DNA from: Eubacteriales bacterium
GTDB taxonomy: Bacteria > Bacillota > Clostridia > Oscillospirales > Oscillospiraceae
DNA length: 64,000 bases
Reading direction: 5' to 3'
NCBI GenBank assembly: GCA_044432785.1
Contig: JAWXUK010000001.1
Span: 145-64,144 of the forward strand
Part shown: positions 26,986 to 35,778 of the stretch, in pieces
Numbering within the stretch: the first letter of the stretch is position 1
Layout of the letters: each line of letters starts with the position of its first letter
Translations under genes and position numbers: made by a program
The notes under the pieces: model-generated
Seen by the model: the letters and a program-made list of their open reading frames with translations, nothing else
The model's database searches: none
Told to the model about the DNA's origin: nothing

Positions 26986-28476
26986 CGGAGTGGATTATAC
27001 CCGAGGGCTTCAGACCCCTTACGACTTGGCGCAGACCCCTCAAGGGAAGGGATACATTTTCGTGGATGTGGATGCAAAAACCCCCACAACCGACCTGGTC
27101 ACCTCTTCCGAGATGACCAGAATCATGTCCGATCTCCTCGAAACCTCCCTCGCAGGCTCCACTGCGACCTCCTGCTCCTTTGGTTATACCTCGAGTTATG
27201 CCTACAAAGATCCTCTCGGCTACTTTGCAGCGGCAGGGATTGAGCTCAACAAATACAATTATCCGATGAATGCCAATGGAACCACGATGTCCTCCACCTA
27301 TTACCCAAACTACCTCCCCGGCGAGTATTATTACGCAGCCGACAGCGATTACCCCAACAATCTCTACGTGAGCGGCAACACCTACTACAGCGCAGGTCGT
27401 CTGCTCGGCGCTGAGGTTGTGGTGACCTCTGGCGGGAACGAGCTCACCAACACAGGCACCCCCACCTTATTCGACCGTAATGACTGGCCCCTTGCCGACA
27501 TGACCGACCTCGACGGCATCGAAACCGACGATGGGTATGCCGATATCATCGGGGTTGCGAGAAATGCGGGGTATTCCAGCACCGAACTCAAACTTGTCCA
27601 CCCCTTTTTGGAGGGTTCTGTGGGGCAATCCCTGACAGTGGAAGAGCTTGAAGCCTATATCTTCACCATCAGTCAGACCACCACCGACCACAATAACGAC
27701 CACATTGACGCCGAAAACGACCCCGATACCATCAAAAATAAGAGTTATATCATCGTGAGCGACCCCTTTGCCGCCGATGTGCAAGCTCTTTTGGGGGACA
27801 AAGCCAAGGTCATCATCAGCGGGGCGGGAGACTCGGATCATCTTGCGGTGGATGCTTTGTGCAAGCAGATCGACCAAGATTTCACCTTTTATTGTAGCGA
27901 CACCACCAAACGTGTCCTCGACGAGGACGTCGACCTCTACATCGACGATAACGAGGTCAATCTCTACTCCATTCGTGTGCCACGGTATTATCAAACCACG
28001 GTAAATTACGAGCCAGAAGAGCACGAAGTTTGGGAGACCATCATCACTACAGGCGCCCCATTTACGAGGAAAAAGAGACCCCGATTATCCTACAAATCGG
28101 GGAACAAAACGAAAATTTCGACCGTTTATATGTCTATATCGACAATATGCAGGATGATGTGGAGCGATTGCGTACCGTGGATGTCTCCACCCAAGCCTCC
28201 GCCTCCGCAGGGCTCGATACCATCTACAACACCATCAACGACGCCTCCCTCAACCGAGGGCGGTTGGGTGCTTACGACAATCGACTGCAACACGCAATCA
28301 ACGTCAACCGAACCACCACTGAGAATCTCACCGAGGCAGAATCCCTCATCCGAGACACCGATGTCGCCGAAGAAATGATGAAATACACCAAAAATAACAT
28401 CCTTTTGCAAACTTCGCAATCCATACTATCCCATGCCATGATGCTGCCTGAAGGGGTTTTGCAGTTGTTAGGATAA
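26960..28476 (+). pseudogene. Flagellin-family gene remnant lacking the N-terminal D0/D1 region and frameshifted near 28060
   Basis: The frame of ORF 28030-28476 encodes LQIGEQNE...RGRLGAYDNRLQHAINVNRTTTENLTEAESLIRDTDVAEEMMKYTKNNILLQTSQSILSHA...VLQLLG, a flagellin C-terminal D1/D0. The upstream variable region sits in another frame (ORF 26750-28378). No flagellin N-terminus is present. Confidence 0.6.
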
Positions 28477-28486
28477 AAGAAGCGGG

Positions 28487-28502
28487 GCAGACCTAGGTCT
28501 GC
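28487..28502. terminator. Perfect palindrome GCAGACCTAGGTCTGC after the flagellin remnant
   Basis: Lies 10 nt after the stop codon. It has the same GCAGAC/GTCTGC stem seen at three other sites in the window. Confidence 0.4.
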
Positions 28503-28549
28503 TCGGTTGGTTTGTTGGGAAAGGTGAAGGGTTTGCGACACCACAGGCG

Positions 28550-28931
28550 AATTTGATGAACCGAAACACCAGCCAAGTACATCTCGATGAGGGACTCCTC
28601 CACCGAGCTTTCACGGCGCTGATACCTCTCAATAATGGCAGTTTCGAAGTGTGGACCACGGAGTTTTGGAGCATTTAGTGTCACATCTCTGGAAGTTGTG
28701 GTGAGATACCGCGGATAATGACAGCTACGATAGCCCTAACATTCACAGGATCGTCCTACTTGCTAGCGATCAAAACTTGCTCTGCCTCGGCATTTAAGAG
28801 CTCGTTGAGGGTTTCTTCCACGGGGCCACGGACTAATTCTTCGGTTGGGTCTTGATTTAGGTGCGCTAAAGTAGCGCTACCACCAGCCAAAACAAGTTTT
28901 GGGGTGTCAATTCTATCATTTCTTTAGACAT
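28550..28931 (-). mobile_element. IS256-family (mutator-type) transposase remnant: N-terminal third only, with frameshifts and stops
   Basis: The minus strand has RBS CAGGAGGG plus ATG at 28931. Fragments ELVRGPVEETLNELLNAEAEQ and PKLRGPHFETAIIERYQRRESSVEESLIEMYLAGVS match the conserved IS256 Tnp N-terminal region. No catalytic domain and no inverted repeats were found. Confidence 0.6.
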
Positions 28932-29103
28932 AATTTGTCCCTCCTGAATGGGGTGCTTGGTAACTTCATTTTATACCACAAGTGCACTTCCAAGGTCGCA
29001 GGAAATTTCTAACTATGTCTACCTTTTTAGGCGATTTATAATTTACGAAACTTATTGTACATTATCTGATTTTAAATCCGTAAATGTAAATTCTAACAGC
29101 AAA

Positions 29104-30711
29104 CTACTGCGTATAAGGATTTATTTCAGAAACTAAGGGTTCTTTCACAATTGCCTGTACCCAGTGCATCATTGTGACCACTGAGGGTTTAATTTCAGCT
29201 ATTAAATTGAATACATCGTCTTTATTTAGATTTCCACGAATGTCAATGAAGTGAATCTCAGAAAAATGAGGTGCTAAGAAACTTGCTACTGGACGAGTGA
29301 ATGAATCACATAAACAAACCATTTTTCTGGTTTCTTTAATTTTATGGTTCACTATTTTACAGTGACCTTTAACAATTAAAGAATAGACTCCATATGGATG
29401 TAAGTCATAATAGCACCAATCGAAATGAACGGGGAAAAGCAATGATTTTTCTGCTGAACCACGAATGCTAAAATTCTCTCCTTCACAAATCCAACTATAG
29501 TCAGTCTTATACTTCGGTAAGATCAGCTCAAAATCATCTAAACCCGCATAAAGCAGTCCTGTTTGCTTTCCGTAGCTACCAAGAAATATATCGGGATAGG
29601 TTATAACATCGTAATTACTTATCTCAAATTTACTGTGATCTAAGGTTACTCCCAACATATCTTCTATTTTTTCACAAACCTTTTGCGTGGCATGAAAGGC
29701 CGTACTTGTTCTCCAGTGGTGGTCAGTCCTAAAAAAAACTTCTAGTGAATTGATCTTTTCTTCAGCCATTGTTTTTCTATAATCGTACACTGACACCCCT
29801 TTTTCTTCGAGTTTTTCAACTATAATGGTTGCCCCTTCATTGAGTCCCTCTTTTTGATCCGTATAGAGAGAAAGGTTAACCGATGATAATTTATTCGGTA
29901 GTAGAACAAACAAAAAAGGGATTTCGCGCTCAGATAGATAGTGATTGAATTGACTGATGTTTTCCGCTGTTGTTTCAACTCGATTGAAATCCCATTCGAC
30001 AAATTCATGCTCACATAACCACTTCGTATTTTCTCCAATTTTATAGATATTGTTATAACATTTTTGATCCAAAAACTCAATCAGAGGCATCTCTTTTTCG
30101 TCTGGTAATTCTTCCTCCCAAAAGTCAATCTCACGTCCCATGACATAATAATTGTCCAGATAAATCATTGGATTTTGTCCATTCTCATATAGTTCCTGAT
30201 AGTGTTTTAATTTTGTAGTTACTGCTATCGCCTCAGCTGGCATATCACTTGGCTTGAGCAAAGAAAAACTTGCTTCATTTTCTCCACGCAAATAAGCAGT
30301 GTATGATTTTATTCTCGCCTGAATTTCTTCTGGCGCCTCCGCAAACAATGTTGATCCTTTTTTGAAAAATCTCTGAATATTTATGACCGAATTACTCTCT
30401 TTTTCCTCAAAAACTTGAGCCTCAATCTGGTTCCCATATAGTCTTGATGTGATTATTATACCAAGAGAAGGGTAATGTTCAATGGCATAATCAAATGACA
30501 TAATGGGTATTCCGTTTAATTTTTCTCCCTGCTTGTCTGTTGCGTTATCGCAAATACCCACAGGTAAAGAGAGTTTTTTCTTTCCAAACCATTGAAGCAT
30601 GTTCAAGCAGTCTGCCCCTGAACCAAAGAAACAAATTGCCTCCTTATCTTTGCATAGTTCGATAATTTCTTGCTCCAGTTTCTTTGCTTTATCATATTTA
30701 ATGTTATTCAT
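29104..30711 (-). CDS. DHHW-family (AlgX/AlgJ-like, SGNH-type) putative glycan O-acyltransferase with the N-terminal Rossmann-like module
   Basis: FFRTDHHWRTSTAFHA motif. N-terminus AICFFGSGADCLN...GICDNATDKQGEKLNGIPIMS. The start was moved to ATG 30711, which has RBS TAGGAG. Confidence 0.7.
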   Translation of the reverse strand: MNNIKYDKAKKLEQEIIELCKDKEAICFFGSGADCLNMLQWFGKKKLSLPVGICDNATDKQGEKLNGIPIMSFDYAIEHYPSLGIIITSRLYGNQIEAQVFEEKESNSVINIQRFFKKGSTLFAEAPEEIQARIKSYTAYLRGENEASFSLLKPSDMPAEAIAVTTKLKHYQELYENGQNPMIYLDNYYVMGREIDFWEEELPDEKEMPLIEFLDQKCYNNIYKIGENTKWLCEHEFVEWDFNRVETTAENISQFNHYLSEREIPFLFVLLPNKLSSVNLSLYTDQKEGLNEGATIIVEKLEEKGVSVYDYRKTMAEEKINSLEVFFRTDHHWRTSTAFHATQKVCEKIEDMLGVTLDHSKFEISNYDVITYPDIFLGSYGKQTGLLYAGLDDFELILPKYKTDYSWICEGENFSIRGSAEKSLLFPVHFDWCYYDLHPYGVYSLIVKGHCKIVNHKIKETRKMVCLCDSFTRPVASFLAPHFSEIHFIDIRGNLNKDDVFNLIAEIKPSVVTMMHWVQAIVKEPLVSEINPYTQ

Positions 30712-30835
30712 GCTAACACTCCTAAACTCTGTTTGTTTAAATTGTAACACAAAGTTCGCCAGTAAGTCAAGTCTAATCCCACTCCATTTGTCCTTGAGGT
30801 TGAGGTTTGGTGAGGGGTGAGTTCAAACTCAACAT

Positions 30836-30867
30836 AAAACGGAGCAGACCGAAGACTGCTCCGTTTT
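30836..30867. terminator. Hairpin AAAACGGAGCAG-N8-CTGCTCCGTTTT
   Basis: A 12-bp stem flanked by A and T runs, homologous in position to the terminator at 11620-11646 next to the DUF819 3' end. Confidence 0.5.
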
Positions 30868-30885
30868 ATTTGAATATGACTGCAA

Positions 30886-31113
30886 TTATGCGAACATTTT
30901 CATAATATTCGCCACAAGCAGCCCCTCACCGGTTCCCACAACGTAAGCGATCAGCACCATGAGCACTCCCACGGGAACGAGGGCAGGGCTGTACGAGTCG
31001 GCAAGGTTTGCGACACCACAGGTGAACATGTCTAGCTTGAAAATCTTTGCCATCACGATCATGATAGTGGAATGGATAGCCTAAATTACGAAGCCGGCAG
31101 CGATCCAGAGAGG
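30886..31113 (-). pseudogene. 3' fragment of a DUF819 gene, a degenerate duplicate of 11660-11924
   Basis: Aligns by eye base-for-base with the 3' end of the intact gene, starting at the stop codon (TTATGCGAACATTTTCAT...). It has scattered substitutions, a 36-bp internal deletion between GGCAAGG repeats, and an in-frame stop. Homology ends at 31113. Confidence 0.8.
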
Positions 31114-31348
31114 TTTCGTAGCTTGACGCAAGAAAATATCCTTGCTGTTGTCACTCAAGGGAAAATCGCCACCTAGGGCACAACCTCCTCGGCGAGGACA
31201 AAAGTTGTCACAATTGTCATAAAAAGTTTGTGTTGACTAGGGGGACTCCATGTTTTCACCAACTACCTTGAAATTTAGCGATAAGGAGATTAAGTTTAGA
31301 CCCGAGTATGTCGATATATAGAACAGTGCATGAGGGGAGGAGACCGAA

Positions 31349-32152
31349 ATGAATCTGATAGACTTGAAAGAAATCGAGCAGTTTTGTGCTGACCTTGCCA
31401 TTAAGGCGGGCGAGAAAATCATGGAGGTCTACGATGACCCCAATTTGTTCTCTCAAACAGAGGTCAAAGGGGATAAAAGTCCATTGACCCTTGCGGATAA
31501 GCGAGCAAATGACCTGATTGTGGCAGGATTAAAGAAAAAATTTCCTGATTTCGCCATTCTGTCCGAGGAAGAAAAAGACGACCTAAGCAGACGGGAGAAT
31601 CCCTTCTGCTTTATTGTCGACCCCTTAGATGGTACCAAAGAATTTATCAAAAGAAACGGACAATTTACCGTCAATATCGCTCTTGCCGAGCACCAAAAGG
31701 TGATCATGGGTGTGATCTACGTCCCTGCTACTGGAGATTTATACTATGCTTCCAAGGAAAACGGAAGTTTTTACAAGAGTCCACAGGGAGAGGTCGCTCA
31801 AAACAAGGTTTCTACCCAAGTGGGGTTAAGAGAGCCTAGCAAAATCCGTCTTGTGATGAGTGCTTCCCATGGAGCGCCTGAAATGGATGCACTGATCGAA
31901 AAATATAACTTCACCAATTTTGTGAAAATGGGCAGTTCCCTCAAGGGTTGCCTTGTGGCACGAGGGGAAGCTGAAATTTATTATCGCCACGGTCCTACCT
32001 GTGAGTGGGACACAGCTGCCATGCAATGTATTGTGGAAGAGGCAGGTGGAGTATTCCGTCAGATGGATGGGAGCGAGATGGTCTATAATCGGGAGAATAC
32101 CCGAAATGAAAAAGGTTTTTTTGCAATAAATTCGAAAGAAAATCAATTATAA
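31349..32152 (+). CDS. 3'(2'),5'-bisphosphate nucleotidase (CysQ / inositol monophosphatase family)
   Basis: ILSEEE, VDPLDGTKEF and WDTAA motifs of the IMPase/CysQ fold. RBS GGGGAGGAG. Confidence 0.8.
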   Translation: MNLIDLKEIEQFCADLAIKAGEKIMEVYDDPNLFSQTEVKGDKSPLTLADKRANDLIVAGLKKKFPDFAILSEEEKDDLSRRENPFCFIVDPLDGTKEFIKRNGQFTVNIALAEHQKVIMGVIYVPATGDLYYASKENGSFYKSPQGEVAQNKVSTQVGLREPSKIRLVMSASHGAPEMDALIEKYNFTNFVKMGSSLKGCLVARGEAEIYYRHGPTCEWDTAAMQCIVEEAGGVFRQMDGSEMVYNRENTRNEKGFFAINSKENQL

Positions 32153-32165
32153 TACGAGGAACTAT

Positions 32166-34490
32166 ATGATAACGATACAACCCTCTATCTCGGATATCCC
32201 CTCTAAAAAATCAGTGGTAATTATTTGGGGGACGAGTGCACAGGCAATCAAATTAGTGCGTTTTTTCAAAGAATATCATTTCGAAGTACACGCATTTTGT
32301 AATAATGACCCCGAAAAATGGGGCGAAACTTTCATCGGCTTTCCGATCATTTCACCTAGCGAACTGGAAGATCTAACCAAGGAATCTGGCTTTGATGTCA
32401 TAATCCAGCTCTTAGGGGACGAAAAATCCTGCTCCGAGATTGCTGCACAAGTAGAGTCTTTTGCCATTAGCAGAATCCTCTACCCAAATGATGCGTGGGA
32501 TTTTTGCGAAACTTTCGTACAAGAGAAACAGCAACTATCAAAACAAAACGAAGAAACATTAGAAGAGAGGTTGCGAGCTCTTTCTCACGCAAGGGATGTG
32601 GACCTGTGCACCCAATTAGAAGAGGGATTTTATCTACCCTATCAAGCGCAATTCTCAGCTAATTTTGATAAAAACAAATCCCTTTTAGTGCAATATCCTT
32701 ATTTATTTCAAAAGGAAATGATCGCTCCTAGTGAAACAGAGTTTTCTGTTTTTCCAGTAAATGAAGAGAAAATTTACTGTTACCACAAAATGAATGGTAA
32801 TTACATCTTACTCGAAACCTATTCAGAGCACGAAACTAAGCATTTTTTTGAAAATTTAGATGATCCGATTTTCGTTTCGAATGAATTTAACGAATTTAAT
32901 CTAAAGTTCTTGGTAGATAACGTAAGAGCGAGCGAATTAGTTGCCCAGGATAACCATATATATCTCCAGTATGACAATATGGAAGAATTTTCTTTTCTAT
33001 TGTACTATGTCGATTTTGAGCCACTGCTAAAAGATGAAAAAATTGTTTTCCTAATTGGGGAAGAAGAACGAAATCTCTGTCCCATCAATTTCAAAGAAAA
33101 ATTCAACATTGATTATGATTCCATGGAAGTGCAAGAAGTACAACCTCCTGAAATCAAACGAATTACGGTACAATTGCATCTAAGCCCATTTTCGGGCAAT
33201 GCACTTATGAACGAGATCTTGGATGGTCATTCTGCAATCTTGAGCGCAAATGGGGGATTCTCAAAATTTGGCTTTTATAATTTTGATGAAAAAAATAATA
33301 TCCTTCCATTTGAATCTTTTCTAAATGATATGAAAAGAAATATCGATGCAAAGAATATCCCGCAATTAGAGCTCATCTGCTGTCATCTAAAGCTACCTAA
33401 ACATACACATATGGAACCAAGTGTCGAGACAAAGTTAGAAGCCGCTACCGTTTTTTGGGGGCATCTAGTGGCATTGAACGAAGAGTTCCCGGTTTCTACA
33501 CTGAAAGATTGGATTGTTTCATTGTATATCGCTTACGTGAGAACAAGGGAACTACAACTACCTTCTCGAATAGCACCTATGATTCATCACTTTGAGCACG
33601 ATGTCAGAGCTGCGCCCTATCATTATTCTCAGCTGCGCTTGATGTATGATGATTTCGACTACACCTACTACTATTTTCCCATGAGGGACTTGTTTCCACG
33701 AAAATTATCTGGTGTAATGTTCACCGACAATGATTTTCGTAAACTACTAGACGTAGTTGCTAGCACAGCGGAGCTCGAAACCAACCTGAAAAACTGCATT
33801 GGAACTTGGTTCGCAGTAATGGGACCCTTATTGATAGAGTACAATAATGTCCCCTTAACCCCTAGAACACTGCAAGCAATTCGATTTGAAGATCTAAAAC
33901 TCAACCCAAAAGCGACCCTAACCGCTATTTGCCGTCAATTCAATATCCCGTATAGCGATATCCTTCAGCTTTGCACGAAAAATCACAAGGGTTACGAATT
34001 CTACAACCCCACTCTCACTGAAGCCGCCAAAACAGGATTTCATATCATGCCACTCTACAGAGAAGGTTACGACTATCTCTCTCTTGAGGAGAGAAAATTT
34101 TACGAATCGGTCTTTGGATCAACGATCACCCCATATGAATATACGAGAGAGTATACCAAGGAAAATGATCCGATGATTTCCCTTGAGGAGCGATACAACC
34201 AACCCTTTGCGTTTGAGCAAAAACTCGTGGAGCGTCTAGCCCAATATAGTAGCCAGGACTTCACGGATGAAATCGAGAAGAATAGGCGCATTATGATAGA
34301 TAACCTAGTGAAGAACAGTGCTATGCAGAGCAAATATTCCGTAACATTGCTACGGCCAGTCCCTGAATTGCTGGTCCATGAGTTATATCAAAACCAGTCT
34401 TCTCTACCAAAACTTGAGGATCTTGATGTGACATTTTTAGATGCACCACTTCTCTCTACAAAACAAGAAAAGAGGGACTGTGATGAATAA
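32166..34490 (+). CDS. Large multidomain protein (774 aa): N-terminal Rossmann-like module plus a C-terminal region with sulfotransferase-like motifs. Candidate phosphoramidate (or sulfo) transferase.
   Basis: N-terminus VVIIWGTSAQAIKLV...FCNNDPEKWGETFIGFPIISPSEL. LSPFSGNALM (about 33180-33210) resembles a 5'-phosphosulfate-binding loop. RFEDLKLNPKATLTAICRQFNIPY (about 33882-33960) resembles the YEDL...FLGL tail of sulfotransferases. It overlaps the next gene by 8 nt. Confidence 0.4.
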   Translation: MITIQPSISDIPSKKSVVIIWGTSAQAIKLVRFFKEYHFEVHAFCNNDPEKWGETFIGFPIISPSELEDLTKESGFDVIIQLLGDEKSCSEIAAQVESFAISRILYPNDAWDFCETFVQEKQQLSKQNEETLEERLRALSHARDVDLCTQLEEGFYLPYQAQFSANFDKNKSLLVQYPYLFQKEMIAPSETEFSVFPVNEEKIYCYHKMNGNYILLETYSEHETKHFFENLDDPIFVSNEFNEFNLKFLVDNVRASELVAQDNHIYLQYDNMEEFSFLLYYVDFEPLLKDEKIVFLIGEEERNLCPINFKEKFNIDYDSMEVQEVQPPEIKRITVQLHLSPFSGNALMNEILDGHSAILSANGGFSKFGFYNFDEKNNILPFESFLNDMKRNIDAKNIPQLELICCHLKLPKHTHMEPSVETKLEAATVFWGHLVALNEEFPVSTLKDWIVSLYIAYVRTRELQLPSRIAPMIHHFEHDVRAAPYHYSQLRLMYDDFDYTYYYFPMRDLFPRKLSGVMFTDNDFRKLLDVVASTAELETNLKNCIGTWFAVMGPLLIEYNNVPLTPRTLQAIRFEDLKLNPKATLTAICRQFNIPYSDILQLCTKNHKGYEFYNPTLTEAAKTGFHIMPLYREGYDYLSLEERKFYESVFGSTITPYEYTREYTKENDPMISLEERYNQPFAFEQKLVERLAQYSSQDFTDEIEKNRRIMIDNLVKNSAMQSKYSVTLLRPVPELLVHELYQNQSSLPKLEDLDVTFLDAPLLSTKQEKRDCDE

Positions 34491-34983
34491 AGTTTACTGG
34501 ATTACGGGACTCTCTGGTTCTGGAAAAACAACCATCGGCAGAGCATTACAGGCTGAACTACAAAGGGAAAATCAAACAGTCATATTTTTAGATGGCGATG
34601 AGATGCGCCCCCTCCTCTGCCCTGACCTAGGATATACAGAGGAGGATCGTAGAATTTGCGCCTTACGCTATGCAGGGCTGTGTAAATTACTCCATGACCA
34701 AAATTTCACCGTCATTTGCTGTACAATCTCCATGTTTCATCAGGTAAGGGATTGGAATCGAGAGAATATCGACCGTTATTTTGAGATTTATATCAAAGTA
34801 AATGAGAATACTCTGGAGCAGCGAGATCAAAAAGGGATGTATTCCCAGAAAACCCAAAATATGACTGGAAAAGATATTCTAGCAGAATTTCCACGCAATC
34901 CTGATTGCACAGTGGTTAACGACCACGGTAATATAGAAGAAATTATCAATCAAATTTTACATGTAGAAGAGGACACAAAATGA
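34483..34983 (+). CDS. APS-kinase-fold P-loop kinase. In this context it is Cj1415-like (cytidine diphosphoramidate 3'-kinase) rather than CysC.
   Basis: VYWITGLSGSGKTTIG, FLDGDEMR, and the fold-typical length of 166 aa. The start was moved to ATG 34483. Confidence 0.75.
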   Translation: MNKVYWITGLSGSGKTTIGRALQAELQRENQTVIFLDGDEMRPLLCPDLGYTEEDRRICALRYAGLCKLLHDQNFTVICCTISMFHQVRDWNRENIDRYFEIYIKVNENTLEQRDQKGMYSQKTQNMTGKDILAEFPRNPDCTVVNDHGNIEEIINQILHVEEDTK

Positions 34984-35762
34984 GTAGTAACTTAAAACTA
35001 GGCGATTTCACACAAATGGCAAAATACTATAAGAACAGACCTACCTATTCTTTAGAAGCACTGAAGCTAATTTCTGGCTATATCGAAAATTCTATGAATC
35101 AAAGCATTGAAAAAGTCGCTGATATAGGTGCTGGAACAGGAAAACTGACAGAAAATCTAAGCCAACTTGGTTTTTCGGGATTAGCTGTTGAACCTAATGA
35201 TGCAATGCGTGAAGAGGGAATGAAAAACGAATTATGCGAAAGATTTTCCTTTCAAAAGGGCGCCGCTGAGGAAACCGGACTGGACGAAAATTTTGCGCAG
35301 TGGGTGTTGATGGGAAGTTCTTTTCACTGGACGCAGCACAAGGATGCATTAAAAGAGTTCCATCGCATTCTAACCCCAGGTGGCTTTTTCACCGCTATCT
35401 GGAATCCTCGAGATATCGAGAAAAGTCCGCTACACACAACAATTGAATCAAAAATACACGAAATCGCGCCTAATATTGTTCGAGTATCATCAGGCTCATC
35501 CAACAATTTGAAGGATGTAGAAGAAAAGTTGTTATCAACAAATTATTTCAGTGATTTATTCTTTGTAGAAGTTCCTTTCGAACTAGAAATGAGCAAGCAA
35601 CGCTATATCGACACCTGGAAATCAGTAAATGATATTCAAGTGCAAGCAGGCGAAGAAAAATTCAAGGAAATTCTTGCCATGATCGAAACAGAGATTAGCG
35701 GCATGGATTCTGTTCTCGTTCCTTACAAAGCAAGAGCATGGACCGTTAGAAGTACAAAATAA
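34980..35762 (+). CDS. Class I SAM-dependent methyltransferase
   Basis: Motif I VADIGAGTGKLT. ATGA overlap with the upstream kinase. Confidence 0.8.
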   Translation: MSSNLKLGDFTQMAKYYKNRPTYSLEALKLISGYIENSMNQSIEKVADIGAGTGKLTENLSQLGFSGLAVEPNDAMREEGMKNELCERFSFQKGAAEETGLDENFAQWVLMGSSFHWTQHKDALKEFHRILTPGGFFTAIWNPRDIEKSPLHTTIESKIHEIAPNIVRVSSGSSNNLKDVEEKLLSTNYFSDLFFVEVPFELEMSKQRYIDTWKSVNDIQVQAGEEKFKEILAMIETEISGMDSVLVPYKARAWTVRSTK

Positions 35763-35778
35763 ATTTATAGGTGGCGCC

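Noticed and set aside
26750-28378. The 542-aa ORF taken at face value as an intact gene
   Set aside because: It starts inside the MNT fragment in another frame. Its C-terminal ~100 codons are an out-of-frame read of the flagellin C-terminal domain, whose true frame is 28030-28476. It is better explained as a frameshifted, 5'-truncated flagellin remnant.
31349-34983. A plain sulfation reading: CysQ plus APS kinase plus sulfotransferase as a PAPS-dependent glycan sulfation module
   Set aside because: It is not excluded, but I judge it less likely. No sulfate adenylyltransferase (Sat or CysDN) is present in the window. The kinase is also translationally coupled to the glutamine-kinase-like, C26 hydrolase and cytidylyltransferase trio that defines the phosphoramidate pathway. 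It is kept as the explicit alternative in the findings.
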